64,000 bases of DNA, taken from Macrostomum lignano. Its lineage: Eukaryota. Positions 29,925 through 42,200 of this stretch are shown one piece after another. The stretch is taken from NCBI GenBank assembly GCA_002269645.1, contig NIVC01003766.1:1-64000 (forward strand), given 5' to 3'. The notes beneath the pieces were generated by a model. The model had not been told where the DNA came from. It did not search any database and saw only the letters and a program-made list of their open reading frames with translations. The position numbers were made by a program, and so were the translations under genes. The first letter of the stretch is position 1. Every line of letters starts with the position of its first letter.

Positions 29925-30545
29925 TAAACAGTGGTTGCTACGAGCAATTCTTAAACAACGGTTGCTAAGGGTAATTCTTAAACAACGGTTGCTAAGGGTA
30001 ATTCTTAAACAACGGTTGCTAAGGGTAATTCTTAAACAACGGTTGCTTAGGGTAATTCTTAAACAACGGTTGCTAAGGGTAATTCTTAAACAACGGTTGC
30101 TAAGGGTAATTCTTAAACAACGGTTGCTAAGGGTAATTCTTAAACAACGGTTGCTAAGGGTAATTCTTAAACAACGGTTGCTGAGGGTAATTCTTAAACA
30201 ACGGTTGCTAAGGGTAATTCTTAAACAACGGTTGCTAAGGGCAATCCCTAAACAACGGCTGCTAATGCTAAGGGCAATCCCTAAACAACGGCTGCTAAGG
30301 GCAATTCATCTAAGGGCAATCCCTAAACAACGGCTGCTAATGGCAATCCCTAAACAAACGGTTGCTAAGGGAAATCCCTAAACAACAGCTGCTAAGGGCA
30401 ATTCATCTAATGACAATCCCTAAACAACGGTTGCTAAGGGCAATCCCTAAACAACAGTTGCTTAGAGCAATTCTTAAACAACAGTCAAGGGCAATTCCTG
30501 AAAACGGTTGCTAAGGCCAATTCCTAAACAACGGTTGCTAGTGGC
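29925..30545. repeat. 27-bp minisatellite (GTTGCTAAGGGTAATTCTTAAACAACG)
   Basis: About 22 copies between RPL3 and UFD1. Confidence 0.95.
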
Positions 30546-30878
30546 GATTATTGGACAGATGTTGCTAAAGCATATTTCTACTAAGTCATTGCTAACGACA
30601 ATTCTTACGCGACTATTCTCAGAAAACTATGCACTACAAAGAACGGGTATAAAAAGTAAAACACTGGACAGAACTCGAAAATTTTCAATCCACAGGTTTA
30701 CTAAAGCCTCTCAGTTCAAACCTAATCCAGCTTTAGCGTTAACAGATTAACGGTTTATTTGCTCTCATTTTTTCTGTTGTCCAACAGAGTCTTCAGCTCG
30801 ACAATCGCAGTCGCACAGACAAATTATTTATGTTATGTTATTCCGACGCTTAATCACAACTCAGTCCATTTGCCGCGC

Positions 30879-32253
30879 TTATTCCTTGGCGTCCTTCTTC
30901 AGCGGGCCCATAAACGTCTTCTTCTCGGCAATAGTCTGGAAGCGACCGTGACCGAACTTGGAGCTGGTGTCGATGAACTTCAGGTTGATCTGCTCGATAG
31001 CCTTCTTCTTAGTGTGGGTCATCAGCGACTTGCGCAGGGTCAACACGCGCTTCTTCGGCCCGATGCAGCAGCCCTTGATCATGACAAAGTCCTGGTTGAC
31101 CTCGCCGTAGTGCGGGAAACCGCCCAGCGGGGTGATGCTCTTCTCGGTCAAGTCGAACTCAGTGCTGGCGTTGTGCACTAGCTTGCCATCGGCCTGGTGG
31201 ACGGCCTGGCCCATCCGGTAGATCTTCTTGTTGATCTCGGTGCGATGAAAGTAGCCCTTCTGACCGGCCCTGGCCACGGAGAAGGCCACCCGAGACGGAT
31301 GCCAGGCGCCGATGCAGGCAACTTTGCGCAGGCCCTTGTGCGTCTTGCGCGGCAGCTTGGTGGTGTGCCAACGGCTGGTGACGCCCTTGTAGCCGTGGCC
31401 CTTGGTGACGCCGATGATGTCAATCATTTCGTCTTGGCTGAACACCTGGCCAACTGGTACAGCCTTCTCTAGGTGAGACTTGGCCCATTCGATCTTATCA
31501 GCGATGGTGCCACCGTTGAGCTGAATCTCCATCAGGTGGGCCTTCTTCTGCCGGCGTTTGAGCAGCTTCATCTGGGTGTGCACGAGCACACGGATGACGG
31601 TGCAGTACTTCTTCATCTTGGCCAGGTCGGTGTCGATCTCTTTCTGACCGGCCGGGTCCGCCCACTTCTTGGAGTACTTGGTGAAGGCCTTTTTTTTGCT
31701 CTTGTACCTGTTAAGGACCGGAGAAAGATGAATTAGTTCAACAAGTTAAGCAAAGTTGGCCGCGGTTAGTACGTGGCTGGCTGCTTGCGTCATCTTTAGA
31801 GCTACGGTACGGTAAGAGAGTAACAGGGCGTATTTCTACTGCCCTTTTAGCATAGTGCTGACTTTAATGAAAGCTAATAACCACTAACCAGTTCTTGTAG
31901 AAGCGGCGCCTGCACTCTTCGCTCAGGTGCTCGGCGAAGACGGTCTTGAAGGCGCGCAGACCTTTGGCAGTCTCAATGTAGCCAACAATGCCAACAATCA
32001 TGAGCGGCGGAGTCTCAATAACGGTGACAGGCTCGACAATCTCCTTCTTGTTGGCCTTGGATCCGGGCCGGTCCAGATCGCGCACAATATGGGTCATGCC
32101 GGCCTTGAAGCCAAGGAAGGCGGTCAGATGGATCGGCTTCTTCTTGTCGTCCTTGGGGAAAGACTTGGCCTTGCCGCGGTGGCGGCGCGAACGCTTCTTG
32201 GGCAGGAAGCTTAGAGAGCCGTGGCGCGGCGCGCTGAACTTTCGGTGCGACAT
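30879..32253 (-). CDS. RPL3: 60S ribosomal protein L3; exons 32253-31889 and 31707-30879
   Basis: [14 protein letters not shown]...RRRFYKNW|[11 protein letters not shown]...[12 protein letters not shown]. 181-bp phase-2 GT-AG intron. AATAAA on the minus strand at about 30754-30759. Confidence 0.99.
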
Positions 32254-32464
32254 TCTCCTATTCTCTTCACAGCTGCAATCAAGAAGTACGGAGATTAGAA
32301 ACGAGCTAGATTTAAATTCGTCTTGTTTTTATAGCGACTTAATGACTTGATGTTATATTATGGCAATAATTGAATATATATAGATAATATATCGATTTTG
32401 TCGCTTCTAGCTAAGAAATACGATAACTATTATACAATTGAAACACGGTAAACTTACGGCACCA

Positions 32465-32600
32465 TCAAACTACTACCACAACTACCACTACTAATACTGC
32501 CATCACTACTACCACTACAGCTACTACTTATTATAACTACTATTACTACCACTAATGCTACTACTACTACAACCGAACATACTACTAACATTACTATCAA
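32465..32600. repeat. Degenerate (ACT)n microsatellite
   Basis: Direct reading. Confidence 0.8.
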
Positions 32601-33293
32601 AAAGTTGCCTATAAATTGCGACACAAGCAATCATAAGAATAGCAAGTCGCATTAAAGAAACACAAAATTACAACTGCAAACCAGATGAATCTTTAAGCTT
32701 CATCAAATCGCAATCATCCATTTGTATTTAATTAATAAATTATCTGAAAGTCCCTCAAATTAGCCAACAACTTTATCAGAAGCACATAGTGAACTAAAAT
32801 TTAATCTGAGAAAGATTTGAGAGTTTAATACACAAACAGTAGAAGCATACATTTGGCATGAGATGGTTTTCTACAGACACGTCTGAGGCACAATAAACAA
32901 AGAATCGAAGGTATATGTACAAAGAAAATACAGATGCTTATTAAATAGATATTTTAACTGACAAACAATATATGTAACTAGCAAAACACCGACAGAATAA
33001 AAATACCAATATACATGTATACAAACACGGCTTGAACAATGAACATCCACATTGAAAAATGCAAACTATAGTTAACTTCTCTTATAACTTAATAAGCGCA
33101 TGCTTTTGCTAAGTTATATGTAGTTTGTAAGGCCTAGTTATTAAGTAGTAGAGATACAGAAATGAGACTTGAAGATGTGGGGAAATGTCACTTTGACTCA
33201 ATTTTAATATAAATAGATCTACAACACAGCCTAGAACAAGCGAAAAAGAACTGTGACTCTGAAGAATGAAAAATAAACAGACATTAACAATCT

Positions 33294-36200
33294 TCAAGTA
33301 TAGTACTTAGTATAAGGTTGAATAACAGGCTCGCCTTTGCATAGCTCAGAATAGACCAATTTGAACAGGAACAGGTGAAACACTAACAATAGCAAGATTA
33401 ATCCAATCCAGAATATAACTGGCAGCCCACCGTACGGATGGCCGTGCTTGTGCAAAGCGATCACGTGATGCTCGTGAGCCGGCGCGTCCCAAACTTCAAG
33501 AACGTGAATAGCGCGCTTTAACTGTTTGATATGATCAATATCTGGCGTGATGTACAGCAGAGCGGTGCGCGGTTTAGTTATACGCAGAGGCAGTTGAACA
33601 CGCTGGGCACCTAGTTGAATTGGCGAGCTCTCGTCGCAGGCGGCGCTGCAAGCGTAGAATGGCTTCTGGTTGCCAAGCACGCTGACAAACAGCAGCGCCT
33701 TGTTCGAGTCGTCAACTTCAACTGTGACGTTCACGTTTGCGGAAGGTCCGTAGGCTATGTTACGAAAGGTCATGTCTCTAACCAACTGCGACGGGTGCAA
33801 ATTGAATTCTAGATGCCGACCGGAGAAGCTGAACTCGCCAATGGCTAGCAGGGCGGCCTGGGATAGGCCGATGGCGCCAGCTTGCACCAGGTGAGAGCAG
33901 CCGAATTTCACCAGAGTTACAAACCATTGATCCACTAGGCCGATCAGATCAGACGCAGACTGGGGACGGCGCCACAGGTTGGGGACCTGGCGGGCGAATT
34001 AATAGATATCAATTTCAAGATTAGAGCACATTTTTTACTGTTGCACTTTTGAATTAACTGTTTTAGACCTACGCTTATCTAGATAGCATCTCGTACTTCT
34101 AGATCAAGACGTCTCTCTTAAATCCTTACCTCTCGTAAAAAATATTGCCACCCTGTTAGATCTCTTTAGACATCGCATTTCTTAGTTTTAGATCCCTACA
34201 CTATCAGCCTTAGATCCTATCTTCAGTCTTAGATCTCACCTCTCAGCCTTAGATCCTATCTCTTCAGTCTTAGATCTCAACTCTCACTTCTCAGCCTTAG
34301 ATCCTATCTCTTCAGTCTTAGATCTCAACTCTCACTTCTCAGCCTTAGATCCTATCTCTTCAGTCTTAGATCTCAACTCTCACCTCTCAGCCTTAGATCC
34401 TATCTCTTCAGTCTTAGATCTCAACTCTCACTTCTCAGCCTTAGATCCTATCTCTTCAGTCTTAGATCTCAACTCTCACTTCTCAGCCTTAGATCCTACC
34501 TCTCTGTCTTAGATCCCACCTCTCACTTCTCAGCCTTAGATCCTATCTCTTCAGTCTTAGATCTCACCTCTCACCTCTCAGTCTTAGATCCTACCTCTCT
34601 GTCTTAGATCCCACCTCTCAGTCTTAGATCCCATTTCTCAGTCTTAGATCCCATTTCTTAGTCTCAGATCTCACCTCCTAGTCTTAGATCTTACTTCCTC
34701 TGTTTAAATCTCAGATTTCAATGATTTTTATCGCACTGCAAATTTTTATAGACTATAGTATTTAGTATGGAGGTTTAGTAGACAATACATGAACAATAAT
34801 AAATGGTTGTATCCCTATGACTAATGTTTACTCCTAGCGTAAATTCTAGTAAAAATGTTTTTTCCATACGGAAATCAACATTTAACAAAACAAACCTGAA
34901 ACAGATCGTTGCCTGCGTAGCAGCGGTCGTACTGATGCAGACTATCTGACAGCACTAGGCCAGTCCAATTGATCGCAGGCTGTGTAGGCGGTTCAATAGG
35001 CCGATTGCTCATCAGATAATAGAGCGTACAATTGAACGATTCGCCATTAAGCGCGCCAGGCGCCAAAGACTTAGCAATGGAGAATCCGCGCTGCCAGACG
35101 TTGCGCCATGCCGAGTAATGCTTAGCGCGCAGGCTGGCAGAATCGGCGCCGCTACCCAAGCCAATTAGCAGGGTCTGCAAATCCAGCCTGGATTTAGCGT
35201 GAAACGCTCGCAATTGTTGCTCGTCCGGAATAGAGGCGAACGGATCGCTGTAACGAACAACTGTGCGCAGAGTTAGAGTGGCGCTAGCGCCAGGCCGAAC
35301 CGGCATATACTCTGGCGCATTCGGCTCAGCAACAGTTAGAATGACAATACGATTGTTGCCAAGCCGAACAGTAATAGTTGCTAGGCTGTATTCAAGCTGG
35401 GTACCATCGGATAGACGCATTGTGGCTTTACCAGTAACTGATCCGGTTGGCAGGCTTGGCATGGGCTTCTTTGATAGCTGCACATTAACTGGGTTGGTCT
35501 GAGGATTATTAGAAAATTATGGAACACATGTGAGTGCTTTCAAATTTCTTCGAAATTTCCTAACGTCAAAACCTCCAGCAAGGGACTTCATAAGCTAGAA
35601 ATTTTACATCGAAAACTGAACATAATAGTAATAATTATAATTATAACTGATTAAACCTGCCCTGATGGCCAGATGTGCAACCGACAGCTCAGCCGCAGCT
35701 ATTGCGCAGCGCATCTGAAGGCTGCGTACGGCTGTTCAGTCCAAGGACTGGGGGGGGGGGGGTCGCCACACACACCCTCAATTACCCCAGCTAATGCTGG
35801 CACCCATTTTTACAGCTGCGTGCACTGAAGCAATGCAGAGTTAAGTGTCTTGCTCAAGGACACAAATTGTTCCGACTGGGTGAAGATTCGAACCCCCGAC
35901 CTTTCAGTCGTGAGTCGGACGCTCTAACCACTAGGCTACAACCCCTTTTTAATATAACAAAGCCTAAAAATTCATTTGAAAACATTCGCGGACAAGAAAT
36001 TTTAAAATAAATTTCAAGGTTGAAATCAACTACTTACAGTAGGATTGGACGCCTTGATCTCTTGAACCAGCAAATATGGTATAGAGCGATGCGCATAGGC
36101 ACTATAGTGAATCGATACGCACATCGAATGCTGCAATTGAACAAGGGTACACAGTAATTAACTAGACATATTATTATTGCATGCTAATTATAATAAAACA

Positions 36201-39200
36201 ATTAAACATAATAGCACGCTCAGTTTTGTACGCTATAGCGTAAAGAACACTTATCTCCGGGGGGGGGGGGTTAAATTAAACCCCCTACTAAAAAATAATA
36301 GAATTAAAGTAATTCGAACGCATCCGTGGTAACTTTAGTCCTAGCATTATTCCCTTAGCATTTAACAAATGGAAAAGACCAAAAGGCCACAAAAAATAAT
36401 AAGAATCATAATGAGCAAATTAATAAAATGATATAATACTGTACCAAATGCAAGAAAGACCTTACATTTTCCTTATACGCAAAATATACATAGAACATTA
36501 AACCAGCTAGCGAAGCATGAATAGTTTACCGAATTTTACCTTCTTGGGTAATAAATCATTGAAATCACTCATTACAAACTACAAGCAGAAAGGCATTTAA
36601 AATAGACACAAGGATAAACATTTGAAGACATATTAAATATATGTAAGCACTGCCAACACATTAAACTAAAATCAAGCTGAAAGCTAAGCTAATGGGGCAA
36701 GCTAAAAAGGATAATATTTACTTATAGTAAAAAACTTCAGCTTACCTGCTTGTAGCAACCAAACTTGTGCAGCTCTCCATTTGGCAAATCAAGTAGCACA
36801 CGCTCTGGAAAAATTTTATTTAATAATTAAAATGTAGAATAGAATACTGAGTTTAATTTCTAAAGAGAAATTGGAACAGAGGTAATTTAACATACCCAAA
36901 GACGAGAATCCAGTTAAACTAAAGTCGAATAGCACATCAAATGGCACCGGTACTTGAAGCAGCAGTTTATCTCGTATGTACAATCGCTGATTTCCAATAT
37001 TCGATGTGGCAAAATATCCATTGCCAATGTAGGGATAGAATTCCACATTGGGCTCGCGATAGCTCACATAGTAAGAGAGAGCATCAGAGCTGTCAATCAG
37101 CGACAACTGACTTTTTGATATGCTATTGAGACAGTCATCCAGTCGCTCTATAGATTAAAAATATTTAAATACAATTTTAGTTTATATAACTCTAGTCATA
37201 TGTAGCAGAGCAAGTGCATAAAAGACAAATTAAATAGACACTTACTTGTTTTGATAATAATTTCCTTTTCAGCAAATGGATTGCCATTGTAAAGTAGATA
37301 CAAAGGTAAAATTGAAAGGCACAGAAGAATAAATATTGTCTTCTTGGAACTGCAAAAAGAAAAAATAGATTTTGTTAGATAGACTAAAAACTCTACATTG
37401 AATCAAAATGCTTATTAGATTTTTTTACATTTTTATTAATTAGTCCTTAACAAATCAAAACAAAGTCATGAACATTAATGCTATTATAATAAATGATTTC
37501 AGTGAAGAAAGGAATACCATATTATCTAGTATCATTTACCTAATCATTGCTTAGTCTAGGTACCTAGGACTCTGACTAGGATAGGTATAAAGGCAGGAAT
37601 TTATTTCAATTCAATTATTTTTCATTAAAGTATCCATGTCCAGTGGATAGAATTCCACTTACTGTGAAAAGTAAAAGTAGAACTCTAGTAAAAATAGCTA
37701 TAAAAATTTTTCCTTATTTTTTTAACATTTTCTACATTAGGTACTCTGGTCATTTTAACCAATAACTTATTAAGCCTATTCTAACCTTTTTAGCTTTTTA
37801 TCTTTTATCAACTGTATTAAGAATATAATAAATATAATATTTCTATAATAGCCAAAACTATTACAAGATTGCCTAAAAGCTCAGTCTTAGCTTAAAATTC
37901 ATAGGCAGACCAAATAACATTTTGCCATTTTTTGCCATAACTAGAGGACATGATTTTTTTTGTAGTAGACATAATTTAGCACATAAGTTATTTCTTGACT
38001 AGGAGCACAAAGATAAATTGTTGAAAAAGTAAAACAGTAAGAATTATATCAATTTTTTAAGTCTATTTATTAAACAAGAATTTTATAAAATGTCTGTAGT
38101 GCTGATGGATATTTTTGCATAACAGAAGGCAATTTAAAATGGACCTAGTGTACAACAATGTATAACGGAGAGCTAGATAAAAAATAGTATTAAGTTGCAT
38201 AAAGAAAAAATATAAACAAAATAAAAACATAAATATTATACTTATCCTATAATATAGAAGGTGGCCTTTTGCTGAAAAATTCTAGCATATTTTTGCCCTC
38301 ACAGACAATCTTGGCATTTAGAATTTTTAGGTTCAACATTAGTGTACACAGTTGGCATACTAAAGATAGCCAAGTTTAGGCATAGTATCATGTTTTAGTT
38401 AATTATCAATCAAGGAAAGCTTTTTTAAAATAATAAGAAACAAAAATAGGAAACAATAACAATACTTATGAGGAAAACAAAAGTAAAACAAATAATAATT
38501 GTTTCTATCAAAAAATAGACACTTAACTTTATGCTTAGCACAGATTTTTAAAAAATTACTTTAGCTTAGAATTTTTTAAAATCACTTTGGCATAAAATTA
38601 TAGAAAAACTAGAATTTTTATTCTGTCATATACCTGCCAGGCTGCCATGATCCAGACTATATTACTTATCTAGAACTTAAAAGCTAAATTTACTTAAAAG
38701 ACTCTTGAAAATAGTAAATTGAATATATTTGGATGTTATATATAAAGGAAGGCTGTAGCCCAGCGGTAGCACAGCTGCTCTGGTGTGCCAGCGACCCAGG
38801 CTCAATTCCAAGTGCAGTCACATTAATTTGGGGCTGAATTGGAATCTTGGCTTGGCTCTGCTTGTGCAATTAACGGCCTTGAAAGCCAACCCCCCCCCAA
38901 GGCGCAGTGAAGTGTACATGCCTAACGATAATATAAAGTTAGGGCTGCTGTACACTCCTGTGTGAGTGTGTGCCTGCGTATATATCCGCGTGCTTGTATG
39001 CCTGCTCAGGGGAGTTGGCGGAATGGGCAGTAATGCCTCTCGCCAGTTGTGTGCCTATGTCGCTTAAAGTGCACCAGGGTGCACACAACCCCCCTGCCTC
39101 TAATAAAAAAATTATGATATAGTTATAATAAAAAATAGAACATTTTCTAAAAGCAATGTACATTTTTAATAGTGCCTCTTTAGAAATTATGAACATTATG

Positions 39201-42200
39201 TTTGCTTGGCATTGGCATTATTCCAATTATTTTAGCTATTAATTTTTGTCATAAACTATACAATGATTATTTTTCCTAACACAGGTATATAATAGCAATA
39301 GTTTGCAATACTATATATATACCAGAAAAAAATGAACACTTTTGGTATTTGCAAATGTATGCCATATATAACATGCAAAACTCTAAATGACAATTTTGAA
39401 CCATTACTATTAGACTTTTGTTTTGTATTTAATTTCAACTAGACAATGTTAAAAATATTATATAAATAAATAACCTAAGTAAATTTTATGCATTTTGGTT
39501 AAATTTTGAAAATCTTACTTTGTAAAAAACAAAGTCAGTTTTGCATTGAATAGTTATCAAATTTTATAATTATATATATATACGAGGGGTGTCCCAAAAG
39601 TTCCCGGAATGTCTAACGTAACTCTTCAACAGAGCCATGAAATTTCACGCCCATGGTGTCAAATGAAAGGAAATTTTGTCACAAAGAATACAAAGTTAAA
39701 ATCATGTTGATATCTTTTTTTATTCAAGAGCTACAGCAAGAAACTTGCGCAAACGACAGGGGTAGTGTTACACAACCTCAACAATCTATGGAGTTTTTCA
39801 TTTGGAATTCATTCACAGCAGACTGGCCATCTCTAAAGCGTTTGATCCATCTGTAAATTGCAGTTTTTTTTAGGCTGTTCTCACCGTGGATGGAGAATAA
39901 GTGGTCAGAAATCTTGGCTCCACTCTATCCTACTGACCAAAGGGCAAAAACTTGACTTTGCTGACTTTTAAGGCTCTGAAGAGAACTCATTTTTGCAAAG
40001 AAATTTCAAGTTGAAAGCAAGCGCTTGGTACAAATTATCTGCACTCGCGCAAAAGCTCAGATTAGCGTTATGAGCATTTCTGCTTTTTTCCATAGACACT
40101 ACCACGTCTTTCTGACACGTCAGTAGCACGAATTCAAAATGAAAAACTCCAAAAATGGAGATTAAAAAATTATTGCCATAGATTGTTGAGGTTGTGTAAC
40201 ACTACCCCTGACCTTTGCGCACGTTTCTTGCTGTAGCTCTTGAAAAAAAAGATATCAACATGATTTTAACTTTGTATTCTTTGTGACAAAATTTCCTTTC
40301 ATTTGACACCATGGGCGTGAAATTTCATGGCTCTGTTGAAGAGCTACGTTAGACATTCCGGGAACTTTTGGGACACCCCTCGTATATGAAGAACTATTAT
40401 GACTGTTAGTGTTATTGATGTCATATTTTAATTTTTAATACATGTCAAATACCAAAATATTATTATTAAATGTGTATACCAAAAGCACAATTATCACTTT
40501 TTGTACACCAATATACACATTATATTTCTTAAGGGTAACTCCAAAATTTCTAGAATATATGCCTTTTTGTAATTATAATACAATAGTTTATATTGCAATA
40601 TCTATAAATATATACATGCACAATATATAGGATTATATAATATAAAAACAAGCAACATATAAGAAAGTGTTACATAAGTGCAAGAATTTATTTCACTATA
40701 TTTTTGGAATATGCATTATACACAAAGCTAAAAATACAATTTTGTATGCTAAGGCCTATCTTTGTTTATTGACATGCGCATAGCCAAGGCATTAATGCAT
40801 AAGAGCATTAAAAATCTAGTAGAATTAGGATTGAAAATAAAAAGTTTAAATAATATATCAATGTTTATAATTTTTATAGATACTTTTTAATTTAAAAGTT
40901 TTTATTTAAGCTTAAACTAAAATTGTTAAAAAAACCAGCAAAAGTTTTATTTTTTATTAATGTCATTTCAAATTAAATCATTTGTTTAATTTATCAAAAC
41001 CAGTGATTAATTACCACACTTACAAAAATATTTAAAAGCATTTTATACATTGCATATATAGATTAAGCCCTATATTATATATTTTAAATGACATATTATA
41101 AACTAATTTATTTTATCAGCTTTTGATATGTACTATTATGCATTTAAAATTTTAGTGCATGACCAAGATAACCACATACTAAGACTATCACAGTTCTTAT
41201 TGGCTATTGGAATTGAGAAGGAGGAAGGCTTACGGGTATAATTCTTTTTCTTATAGCCAATAATCAGGATCATGGCATGCTTATGCCAAAATTAATATTA
41301 TCAAAAAAGTTTTATTGCACTTTGTGCTAGAACAAATCTTATCAAAAAAAGTTTTCTTGTGCTATGTACTGCAACTTTTTGGAAAAAATGCTGTTTTAAA
41401 AATACTAACAAAACTTATATTTGAATCTGTTTCATGGAAAATACAATATTAACATATATTAATTAAAAATTTGGACTTCTTCAAGTTTATGTTGATAAAA
41501 TACTTCCAATTTTTCGATTTTTCTGAAACTTGCATTGGAGACTTATGGGGTACCCAAAATTATAAAAATGCAAAAAAGTGTAGAAAATTACCTGTACAGT
41601 TGATGCAATCACGATTTTTACTCGATTCCCTATTCTCTTAATGACGTTTGGTGAGAAAAAGTTTCCACGAATACATTTTTGAAAGTGTACCCACTAGACT
41701 TTTAATCTAATAGCACATGTGCTAGAACTTCATTAGGCCAATTAAAGATGAATAATCATATCTACAAATTAATATGCAATTGTCTTTTACGTTGGCTGAT
41801 AATAGTTTTTAAATTTAGTTATAATGCATAGACAGTGCCATGTCACTGTTCACTTTTTTAAAAAACTGTCACGACCAGCTTGATCTTTGCACTACCACTT
41901 TCACTGCACCCAGCCAAAGCAATGTTCGCAACTTTAAAGCATTTTGCTCCTCAAAACCAATTACTGTACAAGGCTAGATTACTAATTCTATTGTATTAAG
42001 GAAGTAACAGCACTTGATTTTGGTAAGCCAATTCATTTAGATAAAGTTATAGAATTCAACAACTTCTGACATAATTATGTTGACTCTTTGGTGGATTCTC
42101 TCTTTTCTCGTGTCGTGGAGTTACAACCCCTCCCCCCTATTAGAATTGGAATTTGTCAGCACAATCTTGAATAGGTCTCCATGCCTCTATTTAAGTTTAT

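Noticed and set aside
31708-31888. Intronic snoRNA in RPL3
   Set aside because: No C box (RTGATGA) and D box (CTGA) pair, and no clear H/ACA layout.
30759-32350. Antisense and alternate-frame ORFs over RPL3 (and UFD1)
   Set aside because: These are shadow ORFs of GC3-rich coding sequence.
35860-35945. Functional tRNA gene (also 38751-38820)
   Set aside because: A and B boxes are present, but the acceptor stem is absent and the sequence continues into a SINE body.
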